DNA of 64,000 bases, taken from positions 62,001 to 126,000 of the forward strand of contig CM061246.1 in assembly GCA_022605425.2 (NCBI GenBank), in the 5' to 3' direction. Shown one piece after another: positions 13,169 through 24,148 of the stretch (within the stretch, counting starts at the first letter, position 1; every line of letters begins with the position of its first letter). The notes below the pieces were generated by a model, which made no database searches, had not been told where the DNA came from, and saw only the letters and a program-made list of their open reading frames with translations. Made by a program: the position numbers and the translations under genes. This DNA comes from Hamiltosporidium tvaerminnensis FI-OER-3-3 (lineage: Eukaryota > Fungi > Microsporidia).

Positions 13169-14315
13169 ATCAATAAAAAAATATTTTCATTCTTTATAAT
13201 AATTATTGCGTTCTAAATTATTATATTCTAGAAAGTTTTATATTTTCTTTTCCTATATTTATCTTCTTAAAAACAAAATTGATTTGTTCTGTAAAAACGC
13301 TTTATTAAAATACTTAAAACGGAGTTATTAATATTATTTTTCACCTTATTTTACTTAGTAAAATTTGTTTTAAAGAAATTCAACCTAAGTTTCCTTGAGT
13401 TTATTTTTTTTTCTATTTTTATGGTATTTATTTTAAGAAGATTATTTTTAATTCGCCCGAATAATAATTTTCGTAAAAAAATTTTACTTTTCAATTAAAA
13501 AAAAAAACGCATTTTAACGGTTTGAAAATATTAAATCGTTAATTTCAAGTAATTTTTTAAATAAATTTTTTCCGCTTAATTTTTACATTTTTTTTGAGTT
13601 TTAATTATTCTTAAATAAGACTTTAAATTATAATTAATTCAGAGAACTAAAGAATTATATGATCAAAAATTTCTAAGAATTTTTAAATGATTTATTCTTA
13701 AGGATTAACGAAAAATTAAATGGATTCTGTTTTTAAAATCTATTTTAACCTTTTTATGTTGCTTTATTGGCAAATAATGGTTTATTTGACAAAAACAATT
13801 TGATTATCCGAATTTTAAGAAATTTCTTTGACTTTAGAACATATTTCTATGAATATTTTTTTATTTCATCACAACTATGTTAATATGTTTTTAGTTTTAT
13901 AATTAATATTTTTTATCTTCATTCTAGAAATACTTCTTTAAGTATAAGTAATATACCGAAATTTTTTTTTGTGATTGAAAATATTTAAATGAGAATTTAT
14001 TAACTAAAACACATAACTACGTTTTCATGGCTATTTATACCTTTATTTTTTTACTACCAATTAAGATAGAAACTTTTTTTCTTAGCGGACATGAATTTGC
14101 TTAAAGTCATTATCATGGTTCTGGAAATTTATATTTATTTGGAATAAAATATCTTTTGGTAAATAATTTTACCAGTGAAATTCCTTACAAATATTAAATT
14201 ATTTACAAATTATTCTGATGTTCAAAAAATTTACAAATTGATTTTTTTGATAATCAGACATAAAAAATATTTAAAAAACAAAAATATTTGATAAACGATA
14301 AAAAAAATGTTTTTT

Positions 14316-14996
14316 TTAATCTTTTGTATTAATCTGTTGATTATTTGTGGTTTGATTGTTTCTTTTTGATGTTCGTAGTGGTATTTTTAGATTTGAGGAA
14401 TTAAACACTGTACTTTTCATAGCAAAAGTATCATATTTATTTTCTGGGAAAAACCATTTCTTTTTAACAACTGGTTTTAAATTTATAATCATTTTTTTTA
14501 TTGAATCTTTTATTATAACTGGTTTCCTTGTAGAGTCTTTTTCGTTATTTTCTGTATTTTTCTTATTTATTTTTTTCTTTCTTTTTCCTTTATTTGTAAT
14601 TTTCAGACGAATTTTAAACGGTTTGGAATTATCTGTTGCATTAGCATCCTCCGTGAAATAATTTGTTTGGTTACTGTATACAGTCTTTGATGGCATTTCA
14701 ACCAACGTTTCTTTAAAAATATCATTTCTTTTGTTAAAATCCGTGGAATTACTTTCTAAGTTAATCTCATTTACCGATTTGGTACTTATATTTTTATATA
14801 TAAGATCGGTTTCGTTTTCTTCAATATAACAACAGTGGAAATCTGCATATAATGCCAAAACAATTTCATTACATTTTTTACATTTTAACTTTGTTGTTTC
14901 TGGTACTATCATTTCATTTATAGGTTCTGTTTCTTTAAAATCAAGAATATCTATGAAATTTATATTTTTTTGTTTTCCATCATTATTTTCAGTCAT
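14316..14996 (-). CDS. Hypothetical basic protein with a possible Zn-binding motif (CxxC-x11-HxC)
   Basis: 226-aa ORF in very AT-rich DNA; GGG motif upstream of ATG; KCKKCNEIVLALYADFHCC; NLS-like KRKKK. Confidence 0.65.
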   Translation of the reverse strand: MTENNDGKQKNINFIDILDFKETEPINEMIVPETTKLKCKKCNEIVLALYADFHCCYIEENETDLIYKNISTKSVNEINLESNSTDFNKRNDIFKETLVEMPSKTVYSNQTNYFTEDANATDNSKPFKIRLKITNKGKRKKKINKKNTENNEKDSTRKPVIIKDSIKKMIINLKPVVKKKWFFPENKYDTFAMKSTVFNSSNLKIPLRTSKRNNQTTNNQQINTKD

Positions 14997-15799
14997 ATTA
15001 TCTTTTACCCATTTTTTTTATTTATTTTTTTAAATTTCAAATAAATTAAAGAATTATTTGAATAAAACATATTTTTAGTATTTTATTGTAAACTCTGTGA
15101 TTTATATTTATTACCTTCTTTTTTATGTAGTTTGAGTTTAGTCACTTCGATTTTAATCATGATTAGATTTTTTAACCAATTATTATTTTACAGTTATACA
15201 ACAATTCTAAATTTTTAGTTCAGAATAGGAATTATAAAATATGAATATAAAAAGCTTATTTTTTTATATGAGTCAGTTTTACGTATGCTTGTGAATTTTT
15301 TTATTTAGCATCTGATTTTACTTAAAATTTTGTGTTAGATTTCGATTTGAAGATTACCTTATTCGGTAAAATTTATTACTAATAAACCAATCTTTAACTG
15401 TGAAACCCAGTCTCGGATTTTTATTTGCATATGTAAAAAAATGATTCAATAATGTTTTGTCAAGTAAAATGTTGTTATTGTCTTGAATATAAACATATTT
15501 CAATCTCATATTTATTAAAGAATTAGTTTCGTACAAATTATATTTTCAAATTCAAATATGATATCTGATTTACTCATCATAGTAATTATTTTCAAAAATT
15601 ATGGATTACCTCTATTCTTTTAACAGAAATTTGTATGAAAAGAGAGTTTAATTCTTTAGGCAACTTTTTTCTAAAATGCTATTTTCTAGTAGTTGATCTA
15701 TGTAGGTACGAAACTTAGCCGATTTTCAGGTAATTTCCATGTAAAACCATAAAATTATAGCTTTGCTTATTTAGGTATGAAAAAATTGCTCCTAAGTCA

Positions 15800-15900
15800 T
15801 AAGAAAAACACAGTCTTACTAGGCCAGGAAGACTAGGTAACAGGGTATAATACCTGTTGTACTATGGTTATGCGTCTACATCGCCCCGTTTAAACCACAC
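15800..15900 (+). mobile_element. Relic of the ~730-nt element (middle part)
   Basis: GCCAGGAAGACTAGGTAACAGGGTATAATACCTGTTG resembles GCCAAGAAAGCTAAGTAGCAGGTTATACCTGTTG in the full copies. Confidence 0.45.
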
Positions 15901-18043
15901 ATATATTTATTGGTCGAAAGATATTCGGTTCGATAAATGTGGAACAAGAAGAAATACTCTAGCCTGTTAGGAGTTATGATTAAGTTCTCGACTTTCGATC
16001 ACATTATAAGCAACATATATTCACGAAAAAAGTCAAGTACATCGCTCAATCCATGGATAAAACACTCTTTTGATGAATACTTTGCGATTTAGATATCTAA
16101 GAGATTCTCTCGAATTTCTGAAGCAGTATAAATATAAAACCTAGACTGAGATGAAGCTCATGGGAATATTAAAAATGTTCTCCTCCAATAAAAAAAGTGT
16201 AATGTTTAATAATTAAATTGTTAGATTAAAAACCTTATTTGACTTCAAATTTTCTTATAATTTAATCCTTTGTATAATTCGCAAAATTAAGTTCCGGTTT
16301 TTTTATTTGAAAATATTCATTAAAAATAATTGGTAAAATACTTTTCTTAAATATACAAACCACTTTTCTATTTAAACCAAATCAACAACTATTCAGATAC
16401 ATTACAAGAATATTAAACAACAATTTAAAACTAATAACTTTTTCAATTTTAGAACTTGGTTGTACTATTGATTTAACAGAAAATTATAAGTGTATTTCTT
16501 ATATAGAAATTCTATTATCTAATCTATATTGAAACGGTTGAAATTTATTACAAATTCAAAAAACTTGCAAATGTCTATCTTTGATCATTAATGAATACAT
16601 TTTAAGTGAATTAATTCGTTTGGACGTTTTTGCAAATAATATGGAAATCATTAAACCTGTAATTTAGAATATATTTCAACATCTTTGTTGATTAATTTTT
16701 AATGATAAACATATAAATATGGAAATATAAACTATAATCAGTTCATATTTGTAAACATATCTTTCTATTTCATTCGAAAATGCCTTAATAAAACAAATCC
16801 TGTATATTTATTATCGTGTCTCAAAATATACCTAAAAAAATCGGAAATACTAAAACTAAAAAATATGCAACTAATTCGGGAAATAAGCAACTAAATTAAA
16901 AAAATATAAATAATTCAACCAGCTTAAAGAATTATTTTGGTTCTTGATATATCAATCAGGAAAGAGATAATTTAAACCAACTAGACAACAACCTTCTAGA
17001 GATTATAATAAAGATTTTATTCATTTTACAAGTTCAAAGAAATTTTAAATAAATATCCAAAATAAACTCTACGAAAAAGTCTTAAAAGAAGAATAAAACA
17101 TTAGATATATTAGAGTTTATGTTAAACTATAAAAAAAAGAAACTAGGATCTTAAAAAAGTTTATTCGTAAGAAAACGGTTATAGTTCATGCTTAACCTTT
17201 ATATGTTATATGAATTAAAAAATATTTTACTATTTGTTATGGCAATAAATCAAGAAATTACATAATAAAGTCTTATGATATAAAAAATCCACAAATATAT
17301 AATCTGTTCAAAAATTTCAGACATAACTTTAACTTCAAATTTAACAAAATAGTTAATATAAGTTGTAAATATTAGATTAAGCGCATATATAAATGAATTT
17401 GTAATAGAAAATAATTATTTTTATTTTCGAAACTGAGAGTTTGAAATTTTATTACTTTTGGAAAAAATAACCATGCATTCTTGATTTGGCTATAAGACAT
17501 AAGTAAGCTAGCAATGAATTATATTCGAAATTAAAAATCTAAATTTATGATTATAAGAAATATATTAAATACGATTGTTTACAAATTATATTACGGGTTT
17601 TTAGTTTTTATGAATGGAGTTGTTAATAATATTCTTTAAAAAATTATAAATTTCTAATTTTAATTATGTAAAAGCTTTCAAAGAATAATCATATTTAAGA
17701 AAAATTTTAAATAAATTTTTAAATATTAAAGAAGATATAAAAGATGTACAAAATGATTAGATGCTTATAATATTATCAAATACATATAAAAATAGTATAA
17801 AAATTTTTTTTGTTGCAAATACCAAGTAATGTACATGATTATTTGCTAAAAATAGAAGAAACAATTAAAAAATTTAGATTTTTTGTAACTGAAAATTTAC
17901 CTATTTTTTAATTTAATTAATTTAAAGATCTAAATATTTTTTTCAGCTATAAATTATTATTTATAAATTAAAGAAGAAAATTTGTTATCTAAAAATATTA
18001 TCTTCTTTAAAGTTCATTACTCTCAGAAAAAAAAAACTAATAT

Positions 18044-19708
18044 TTAATTATCTTTCTTTATATAATTATCATAAAAAGCTGTAGGTGTAACAATAAAATA
18101 TCCAGTATTTGTTTCGTTTAAAATGAAAAAGAATCTTCTTTGTGTTTGATATTTCAGTTCTAGACAAGTTAGATATTCTTCTATTGACGAACATGAAATA
18201 TTTTCCACTGAATTCTTAATTATTTCAAAAATGTTTGAATATGCAGAAAAAGATAAAGAAGTTGAAGATTCGTTGAGTTTAAGTTTAAAGTCCGAAACAA
18301 GTTGTCCGGGAACCCTTAAAAGGCATTTATCTGGGTGTTCATTTGAATAATTTAACACATCTAGAAGACCTGACACATTAACATTAAATAATAAACTTCT
18401 TGTAATTGTAATTACACATCCTCTTTTAAAAATTTCATAGATCGGTGAAAAATTTAAATCACATTTTGACGTATCAAAAACAAAAAATCTTGATCTATTT
18501 TTCTTGTGGTAAATTAAATTGGGAATTGTATTTACATATGAAATATAGTCTTTGTTTATAAATATTATTGACGTACTTTTTTCTAAACTAGATATTTGCT
18601 TACAACCTCGTCTTTTAAGAAAACTTGAAAAATACTGCATTACTTCTGAAGAGTCATTACTAAATATAGAAAATTTAAAAATTGGAGACAAATTATATTC
18701 ATACAAATTAAAAATAATTAAATCTTCAACCATAGATTCAAAAATTGCTGAATTTTTATTCCAAATCAAAAACTCATCATTTTGTATTTTTTTCATATTT
18801 TTAAACATTTTTGTTTCTATAAAATATTTTTTTTCAAAAACTAATAGATTGTAAAATCCGTGTATATCATATTTTTTAAACGCTTTTTCATGATAGAAAA
18901 ATATATATGCCACGTTTATATCGGTTTCGATATCTACAAAGGCTTTTTTATTTTTGGAAATTTCTTCGTTAAATTCTGAAAATTTTGGGTCGCTGTTATG
19001 AAGTAGCAAATTAAAATAATCATATTTTTGAAGTTTTTTATTTTGTAACGAAGAAAATAGCAAGGAATAAATATCAGCGATTTCAATATAAAAACAAATT
19101 TTCATTTTGGTTGGTGGTTTCTTAATTAAATTAGAGGAACCGTTTTTTATGTGAAAGTTTGCAATATAATTATTTTCATATGACATGATAAATGAATCCT
19201 TGGGTGCCAAGAATGGTTTAGGTGTTTCGATAATCTTTTTTTCTAGAACAATGGGTTTTTCAATTTCAAAATATCGTCTTGAATTCGAAAATTTTGGAGT
19301 AGATTGAACCTGGTTCTTTACAAAGGAACTTTTTGGTGGCTCTTTTTTCCTCATATTTAGATTTTTTGTACTGATCTGCCTTTCTAAATTTTCTTTTTTC
19401 TTAATATCAGATTTCGGTTTATCTATGAAACTCGTAATATTAAAAGAAACATTTTCTACTCTTTTCATGCTTTGTAATTCTAATAAAATTTTTCTTTCTT
19501 CTGCTTTTCTTTTTTCTTTGACTACCTCTGCTAATAATTCCCGTTGGTATTCTTTTAATTTATATATAAACAGATTTATCTCTTTTATTGCAGAAATATT
19601 ATTAGAAGGTTCCCATGTTTGAGACAGGTCGCTCCACGACACTAAAAAATAATCTGTACCACTAATTGACCTATAACCAAGAATTTTTTTTATCTCTTGT
19701 TTTACCAT
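18044..19708 (-). CDS. Chromodomain protein, possibly Chp1-like
   Basis: N-terminal chromodomain IKKILGYR..YFLVSW..TWEPSNNI; ATG at 19708 with a CCC motif upstream. Confidence 0.75.
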   Translation of the reverse strand: MVKQEIKKILGYRSISGTDYFLVSWSDLSQTWEPSNNISAIKEINLFIYKLKEYQRELLAEVVKEKRKAEERKILLELQSMKRVENVSFNITSFIDKPKSDIKKKENLERQISTKNLNMRKKEPPKSSFVKNQVQSTPKFSNSRRYFEIEKPIVLEKKIIETPKPFLAPKDSFIMSYENNYIANFHIKNGSSNLIKKPPTKMKICFYIEIADIYSLLFSSLQNKKLQKYDYFNLLLHNSDPKFSEFNEEISKNKKAFVDIETDINVAYIFFYHEKAFKKYDIHGFYNLLVFEKKYFIETKMFKNMKKIQNDEFLIWNKNSAIFESMVEDLIIFNLYEYNLSPIFKFSIFSNDSSEVMQYFSSFLKRRGCKQISSLEKSTSIIFINKDYISYVNTIPNLIYHKKNRSRFFVFDTSKCDLNFSPIYEIFKRGCVITITRSLLFNVNVSGLLDVLNYSNEHPDKCLLRVPGQLVSDFKLKLNESSTSLSFSAYSNIFEIIKNSVENISCSSIEEYLTCLELKYQTQRRFFFILNETNTGYFIVTPTAFYDNYIKKDN

Positions 19709-19984
19709 CAAAAATAAAAGGGCTAAACTGATTTCTAAAAAATCTTTTATAAAAATTTTTATTAAAATTTACTTTCTAGTTAAAATAAATTCCTGGAAAA
19801 TCTAGAAGCGTAACTGCTTATTGAATAGGCTTATAAATCATCTAATAAGAATTTTTTAAAGAATAACAGTTTTTGAAACAAATTTATTTTTTAATCTACC
19901 GTTCGAAATATTTTCAAAATAAATTACGCTTTTAAATTTCGTTACAAAAATTTTAATTCTTTATTTATTTTATTTCTAAATTTA

Positions 19985-20720
19985 AGATGTGAAAAAATGC
20001 TTGGTCATGACTATTCTAGACGACATAATGAAGTGGTACGATGTATACATTTTCTCTTGCTGAATAAATATGTTTAGTCTTCGAACGAATTGAAGCCACT
20101 CGTTCAGAAATTCTTGATAAAGAATATGCGAGATAAGAGTGGACACCGAATAAAAACTGATGTCGATTCGGTGTAACAGACCGATATATTTATTTTAGAC
20201 AGGACAGAATGGTAACCTATTGAAGTAGGAATCACATCCCAAGACTCTCTTCAATAGTTGAACGTGAAGCTTGAAGTATGACCTATTGAAATGAGTTGGT
20301 CTTATTTATAAATGCGTGGAGATAATTCCTTATGTGATGACCTGGACGTTTGTGACAAATACCATGACGTATGTGGACTGCAAAACCTGATGTAGAGGCT
20401 ATATATAATTTGTACTCGAAGACGTCAACAATTTCTTTGATCGACGAAGAGGACTTGAGTTGGTCCAATGCCGAGGAGAGCTAGAGAGCATCATTAAGTG
20501 TTATTTTAGGAGCTGAGATGCTAAACAACCAATACCCCCTTTAAAGTAAGTGGACAACGGGAAGATGATGTTAAATGAAATAACAAAAATATTACCCTTA
20601 TTTTAGGGTATAACCACGCGGAACCAACAACTATACAAATGAGGTTGGGAGGAGAAATGAGTGGTTGAATGGTGGAGATTATTTAGAAAATTTGTTAACC
20701 CAAAATTTTATTAAATAAAG
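19985..20720 (+). mobile_element. 5'-truncated R4/Dong-like LINE (RLE domain plus 3' UTR)
   Basis: Matches the reverse complement of ~34360-35185 (CEKMLGHDY.RRHNEVV onward); imperfect 14-bp TSD at 19971-19984 / 20721-20734 (12/14); ends TTAAATAAAG. Confidence 0.9.
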
Positions 20721-21525
20721 TATGTCTGAATTTATAATAAACTTTTATTTCAAAAGAAATTTGAGAAGAAGCATATCAATTTACCATATGAAGATAAGAA
20801 TATAATATAAACTTTATAAAGTCTAATACCATCGACTTTAAAATAATAGGATTATATAGGAACTCATAAATAAATTATGACTATATGTAACTTTTATAGG
20901 AAATATATTGATACTCCAAGGAAAAAAATTTATTCGTTTTTAGAGAAATACTAATTTTAGATTCTTAGCAGCTTTTTTCAAGAACCTTTAAGTTTAAAGA
21001 ACCCTAGAAAAATGGTTTTTTTGAATCGAGTTAGATATATTATTTTCTCCTTAATCCTTTTAAAATATCAATAAATATAAAATCTTTATTATCAATATTG
21101 TCTTATAGATGAAATATATCTATAGTATACGACGCAATATTAAGTAAAAATATTTACTTTTTTTTCGGTTTAAACTCAAAAGAACTTTAATATATTTTTT
21201 TAAAATTTTTTTGTAGGATTTAAAGTAATGATTTATAAATTGCTAATATTTTTCTTTATTACTAAATCTTTATGAACTTTAATGAAAATTTAATAAAAAT
21301 TTTTTAGTTATAATTTACAGAAAAATACTGATTGTGATTATTACATGTTTAGGGAAATATTATATCTTAAAAATTTAATTTGAAATTTTTAAATGAATAG
21401 GGTTTTTATTAGAAGAGACTTAAATTAATATTTTTTGATTCAAATTTCAAAATTAAAATAGGAAATGAAATTTGTTTTGTATTTAAAACATTCCTGTTAG
21501 AATAAAAATTGAATTTTCAATTTTT

Positions 21526-21882
21526 TTATTCCAAATCATTTACAGAAAATAATTCGTGCATTTCTTTTAAAGTGGATCCTTTAAAATCTGCTATTTTTCC
21601 CATCATGGCTTGTGCAATATCTTTAAGTTCGTTATAAAGATTTAACTTGGCAATAAATTCTTTAATTTCCATATTTGGATCTTTTATATTTAATCGATTT
21701 ATTATTTCGTCACATTTCTCTTTATAAAAATATTCTTCAACCTTTTCATACTCAACTGACAAATAAAAATATGAATCTTTTATTTCTGTAATAAAATTGT
21801 TTTTATTTAGAAATTCAAAATTTAAAATTTTATTTTTATGAATTATTTTTTCTTTTTCCCAATTATTTAATTCTAAATCCAT
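21526..21882 (-). CDS. SWI5: Swi5/Sae3-family recombination mediator
   Basis: IAKLNLYNELKDIAQAMMGKIA..GSTLKEMH fits the Swi5 family motif; CCC precedes ATG. Confidence 0.8.
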   Translation of the reverse strand: MDLELNNWEKEKIIHKNKILNFEFLNKNNFITEIKDSYFYLSVEYEKVEEYFYKEKCDEIINRLNIKDPNMEIKEFIAKLNLYNELKDIAQAMMGKIADFKGSTLKEMHELFSVNDLE

Positions 21883-21979
21883 CAAGGGTGATTGAATTTT
21901 TAAAAAATAGATTTGTTTTATTAGGAGTGAAATGCTATTATTTAATAAATTTCTGGGCTAAAATATTTTTTATAATTTT

Positions 21980-22142
21980 TTTAATTAATTTTCTTCTACC
22001 TTTTTTACCACTACTTTCTCTTCTTCTATATAAGTGATAGCAATAATTTTTATAATTAATTTTCTTCTACCTCTTTTAACACTACTTTCTCTTCTTCTAT
22101 ATAAGCGATAGCAACAATTTTTTTAATTAATTTACTTCTTCC
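21980..22142. repeat. Short tandem duplication, ~71-bp unit x ~2.3
   Basis: TTAATTTTCTTCTACC..ACTACTTTCTCTTCTTCTATATAAG is repeated. Confidence 0.75.
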
Positions 22143-22398
22143 CTCTCTATTGATTGTTACATTTACACTGAATGTGTCTAGAAATATTTCGTTGAAAAAA
22201 AGAGATTCATTTCATAGTATTGCTTAACTTTTTACATTTTTAGAAAGGTTTGTATTAAAAACGAGTTTTATAAAAACTGCTTTAGAAAGTTGATTGACTT
22301 CTCATTTTAACATTTTTAATCCAGAGTTTTACCTAAAAAAAAACTACGAAAAAAATTACTGAATTTTTTTACTTTTTAATCTAAATTTTCAAAAACAG

Positions 22399-23601
22399 CT
22401 AAGTTGTAAGAAATTGCCATTCTTTACAATCAAAACACATAGTTTCATCTACAATTTTTCCATAAACATTATTTACGAACAATTTTTTCATGTAACTAAT
22501 TTTATGTTTTAGAAGACTCATATTGTCAGTTATATCAAATATACATATTACATTTCCAATATGGCATTCGGTTTCTAAATCAAACCCTGCTATTCTACAC
22601 CATGGATTATTCTCTGTACACTGACCTTTAAATATAGTATCTGTACACATTCCAATGTTCAAAATATTTGAATAATCGTAATTTGGATTATAAATTCCAG
22701 AATTTATCGCACATCTTTTTTCTCCCGGTGAACTAAAAATTATTCCTTTTAAATTATGTTTTGCTGCCATCAAAGAAGCAATTCCACCACCCAAAGAATG
22801 TCCAGTAAGTATTATTTCTTTATCTTTATAATTTTCTTTTACATAATTTATTATTTGTTCAATTTCATTTAAATAACTGTATTTATTATAATTATCGTTC
22901 CAAGTATTTAAATTACAGACATTATTAGCACCACAATTAAAATTGATCCAAGGAAATAATGATTTGGTACAACAGCAGGAATATATAAGTATATCATTCA
23001 TCTTATCTCTTCTATAACTATTTCTAGAATTCAAACCATCAAAAATTAAAGAGGTTCCTTTTATAGCAAGTACATAATTCTTATAATTATCGAAAAGTAT
23101 TACTTTCATTCCATTTGTATCAAATCCAAATATTTTTTTAATTCCTGGAAATGAAGGAAGATTCTGATATGTTTGTTCACACATTAAAAGGAAATTAAAA
23201 ATTTCTTTTTTTGTATAAAGTGGATTTATTTGCATCAGAAGAGTGTCTAGATCGGTGAATGATTGGTTAAAATCATTTTTTGTTTTTATATCTGTATTGT
23301 ATATTCTGGAGAAAGACTTATTACTTGCTTTTTTCTCAGAATTCAAAGTATCTGAATTTTTTGGAATAGAAATTAGTTGGTTTGAACCTTGTTTGTCTAT
23401 TTCAAATATTCCTTCTTTCTTAGTTTCAAATTCCAATGATTTCGAATTTTCTGGAATGGACATTAGTTGGTTTAAATCTTGTTTGTCTATTTCAAATATT
23501 TCTTCTTCTATTTCAAATATTTCTTCTTCTATTTCAATATCAATTTGGTAAGAATGTGTATTTTCAAAAATAATAAAAATCGTGAAAAAAATGAGAAACA
23601 T
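22399..23601 (-). CDS. ATG15: Atg15-like class 3 lipase
   Basis: N-terminal hydrophobic segment, LAIKGTS, DKMND..SCCC, TGHSLGGG nucleophile elbow, SPG, LETECHIG. Confidence 0.8.
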   Translation of the reverse strand: MFLIFFTIFIIFENTHSYQIDIEIEEEIFEIEEEIFEIDKQDLNQLMSIPENSKSLEFETKKEGIFEIDKQGSNQLISIPKNSDTLNSEKKASNKSFSRIYNTDIKTKNDFNQSFTDLDTLLMQINPLYTKKEIFNFLLMCEQTYQNLPSFPGIKKIFGFDTNGMKVILFDNYKNYVLAIKGTSLIFDGLNSRNSYRRDKMNDILIYSCCCTKSLFPWINFNCGANNVCNLNTWNDNYNKYSYLNEIEQIINYVKENYKDKEIILTGHSLGGGIASLMAAKHNLKGIIFSSPGEKRCAINSGIYNPNYDYSNILNIGMCTDTIFKGQCTENNPWCRIAGFDLETECHIGNVICIFDITDNMSLLKHKISYMKKLFVNNVYGKIVDETMCFDCKEWQFLTT

Positions 23602-23668
23602 AAATTTTAAAAAATCGTTTTATTTATTTTTGTTTCAAAAAAATGATAAGAAAAATTAAAAGAATAAT

Positions 23669-24148
23669 TTAATGAGAAAGAATCTTAAACTTGTCAGTTT
23701 TTACTTTTTTCTTTTCAAAATCAACTATAACGAATTTTTTGGTTCGAGAAAGTGGACGTACTTCAGCGCAGGTAACGGAATCTCCAATATTTATTAGACC
23801 ATGGAAACAAGGTGACATGTGGACACTAAACTTGGTGTTTCTTCTTTCGTATCGTTTATATTTAGGAACGTAGTGTAAGTATTTCTTAACAACTGTAATT
23901 GTCTTATCCATTTTCATTCTAATTACTTCTCCTTTGAAAATTCTACCTCTGACAGTCACATTACCGGTAAATGGACATTTTTTGTCAAAATAAGTTCCAT
24001 TAATTGCAGTTTCGGGTGTTTTAAATCCTCTTATTTCCTTATAAAAGCGTTTTGGTTGACTTGGATCGTCAGCTTTTTTTAAAGGATTAATGTAGACTCC
24101 AATCTGTTGAGGAAATAATTTTTCTTTTGCAAAAGTTGGTTTGGACAT
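23669..24148 (-). CDS. RPS11: 40S ribosomal protein S11 (uS17)
   Basis: GFKTPETAINGTYFDKKCPFTGNVTVRGRI, YLHYVPKYKRYERR, RPLSRTKKF. Confidence 0.96.
   Translation of the reverse strand: MSKPTFAKEKLFPQQIGVYINPLKKADDPSQPKRFYKEIRGFKTPETAINGTYFDKKCPFTGNVTVRGRIFKGEVIRMKMDKTITVVKKYLHYVPKYKRYERRNTKFSVHMSPCFHGLINIGDSVTCAEVRPLSRTKKFVIVDFEKKKVKTDKFKILSH

Noticed and set aside
16147-16160. CTGAGATGAAGCTC repeated at ~25640
   Set aside because: 14-bp match with no extended flanking homology
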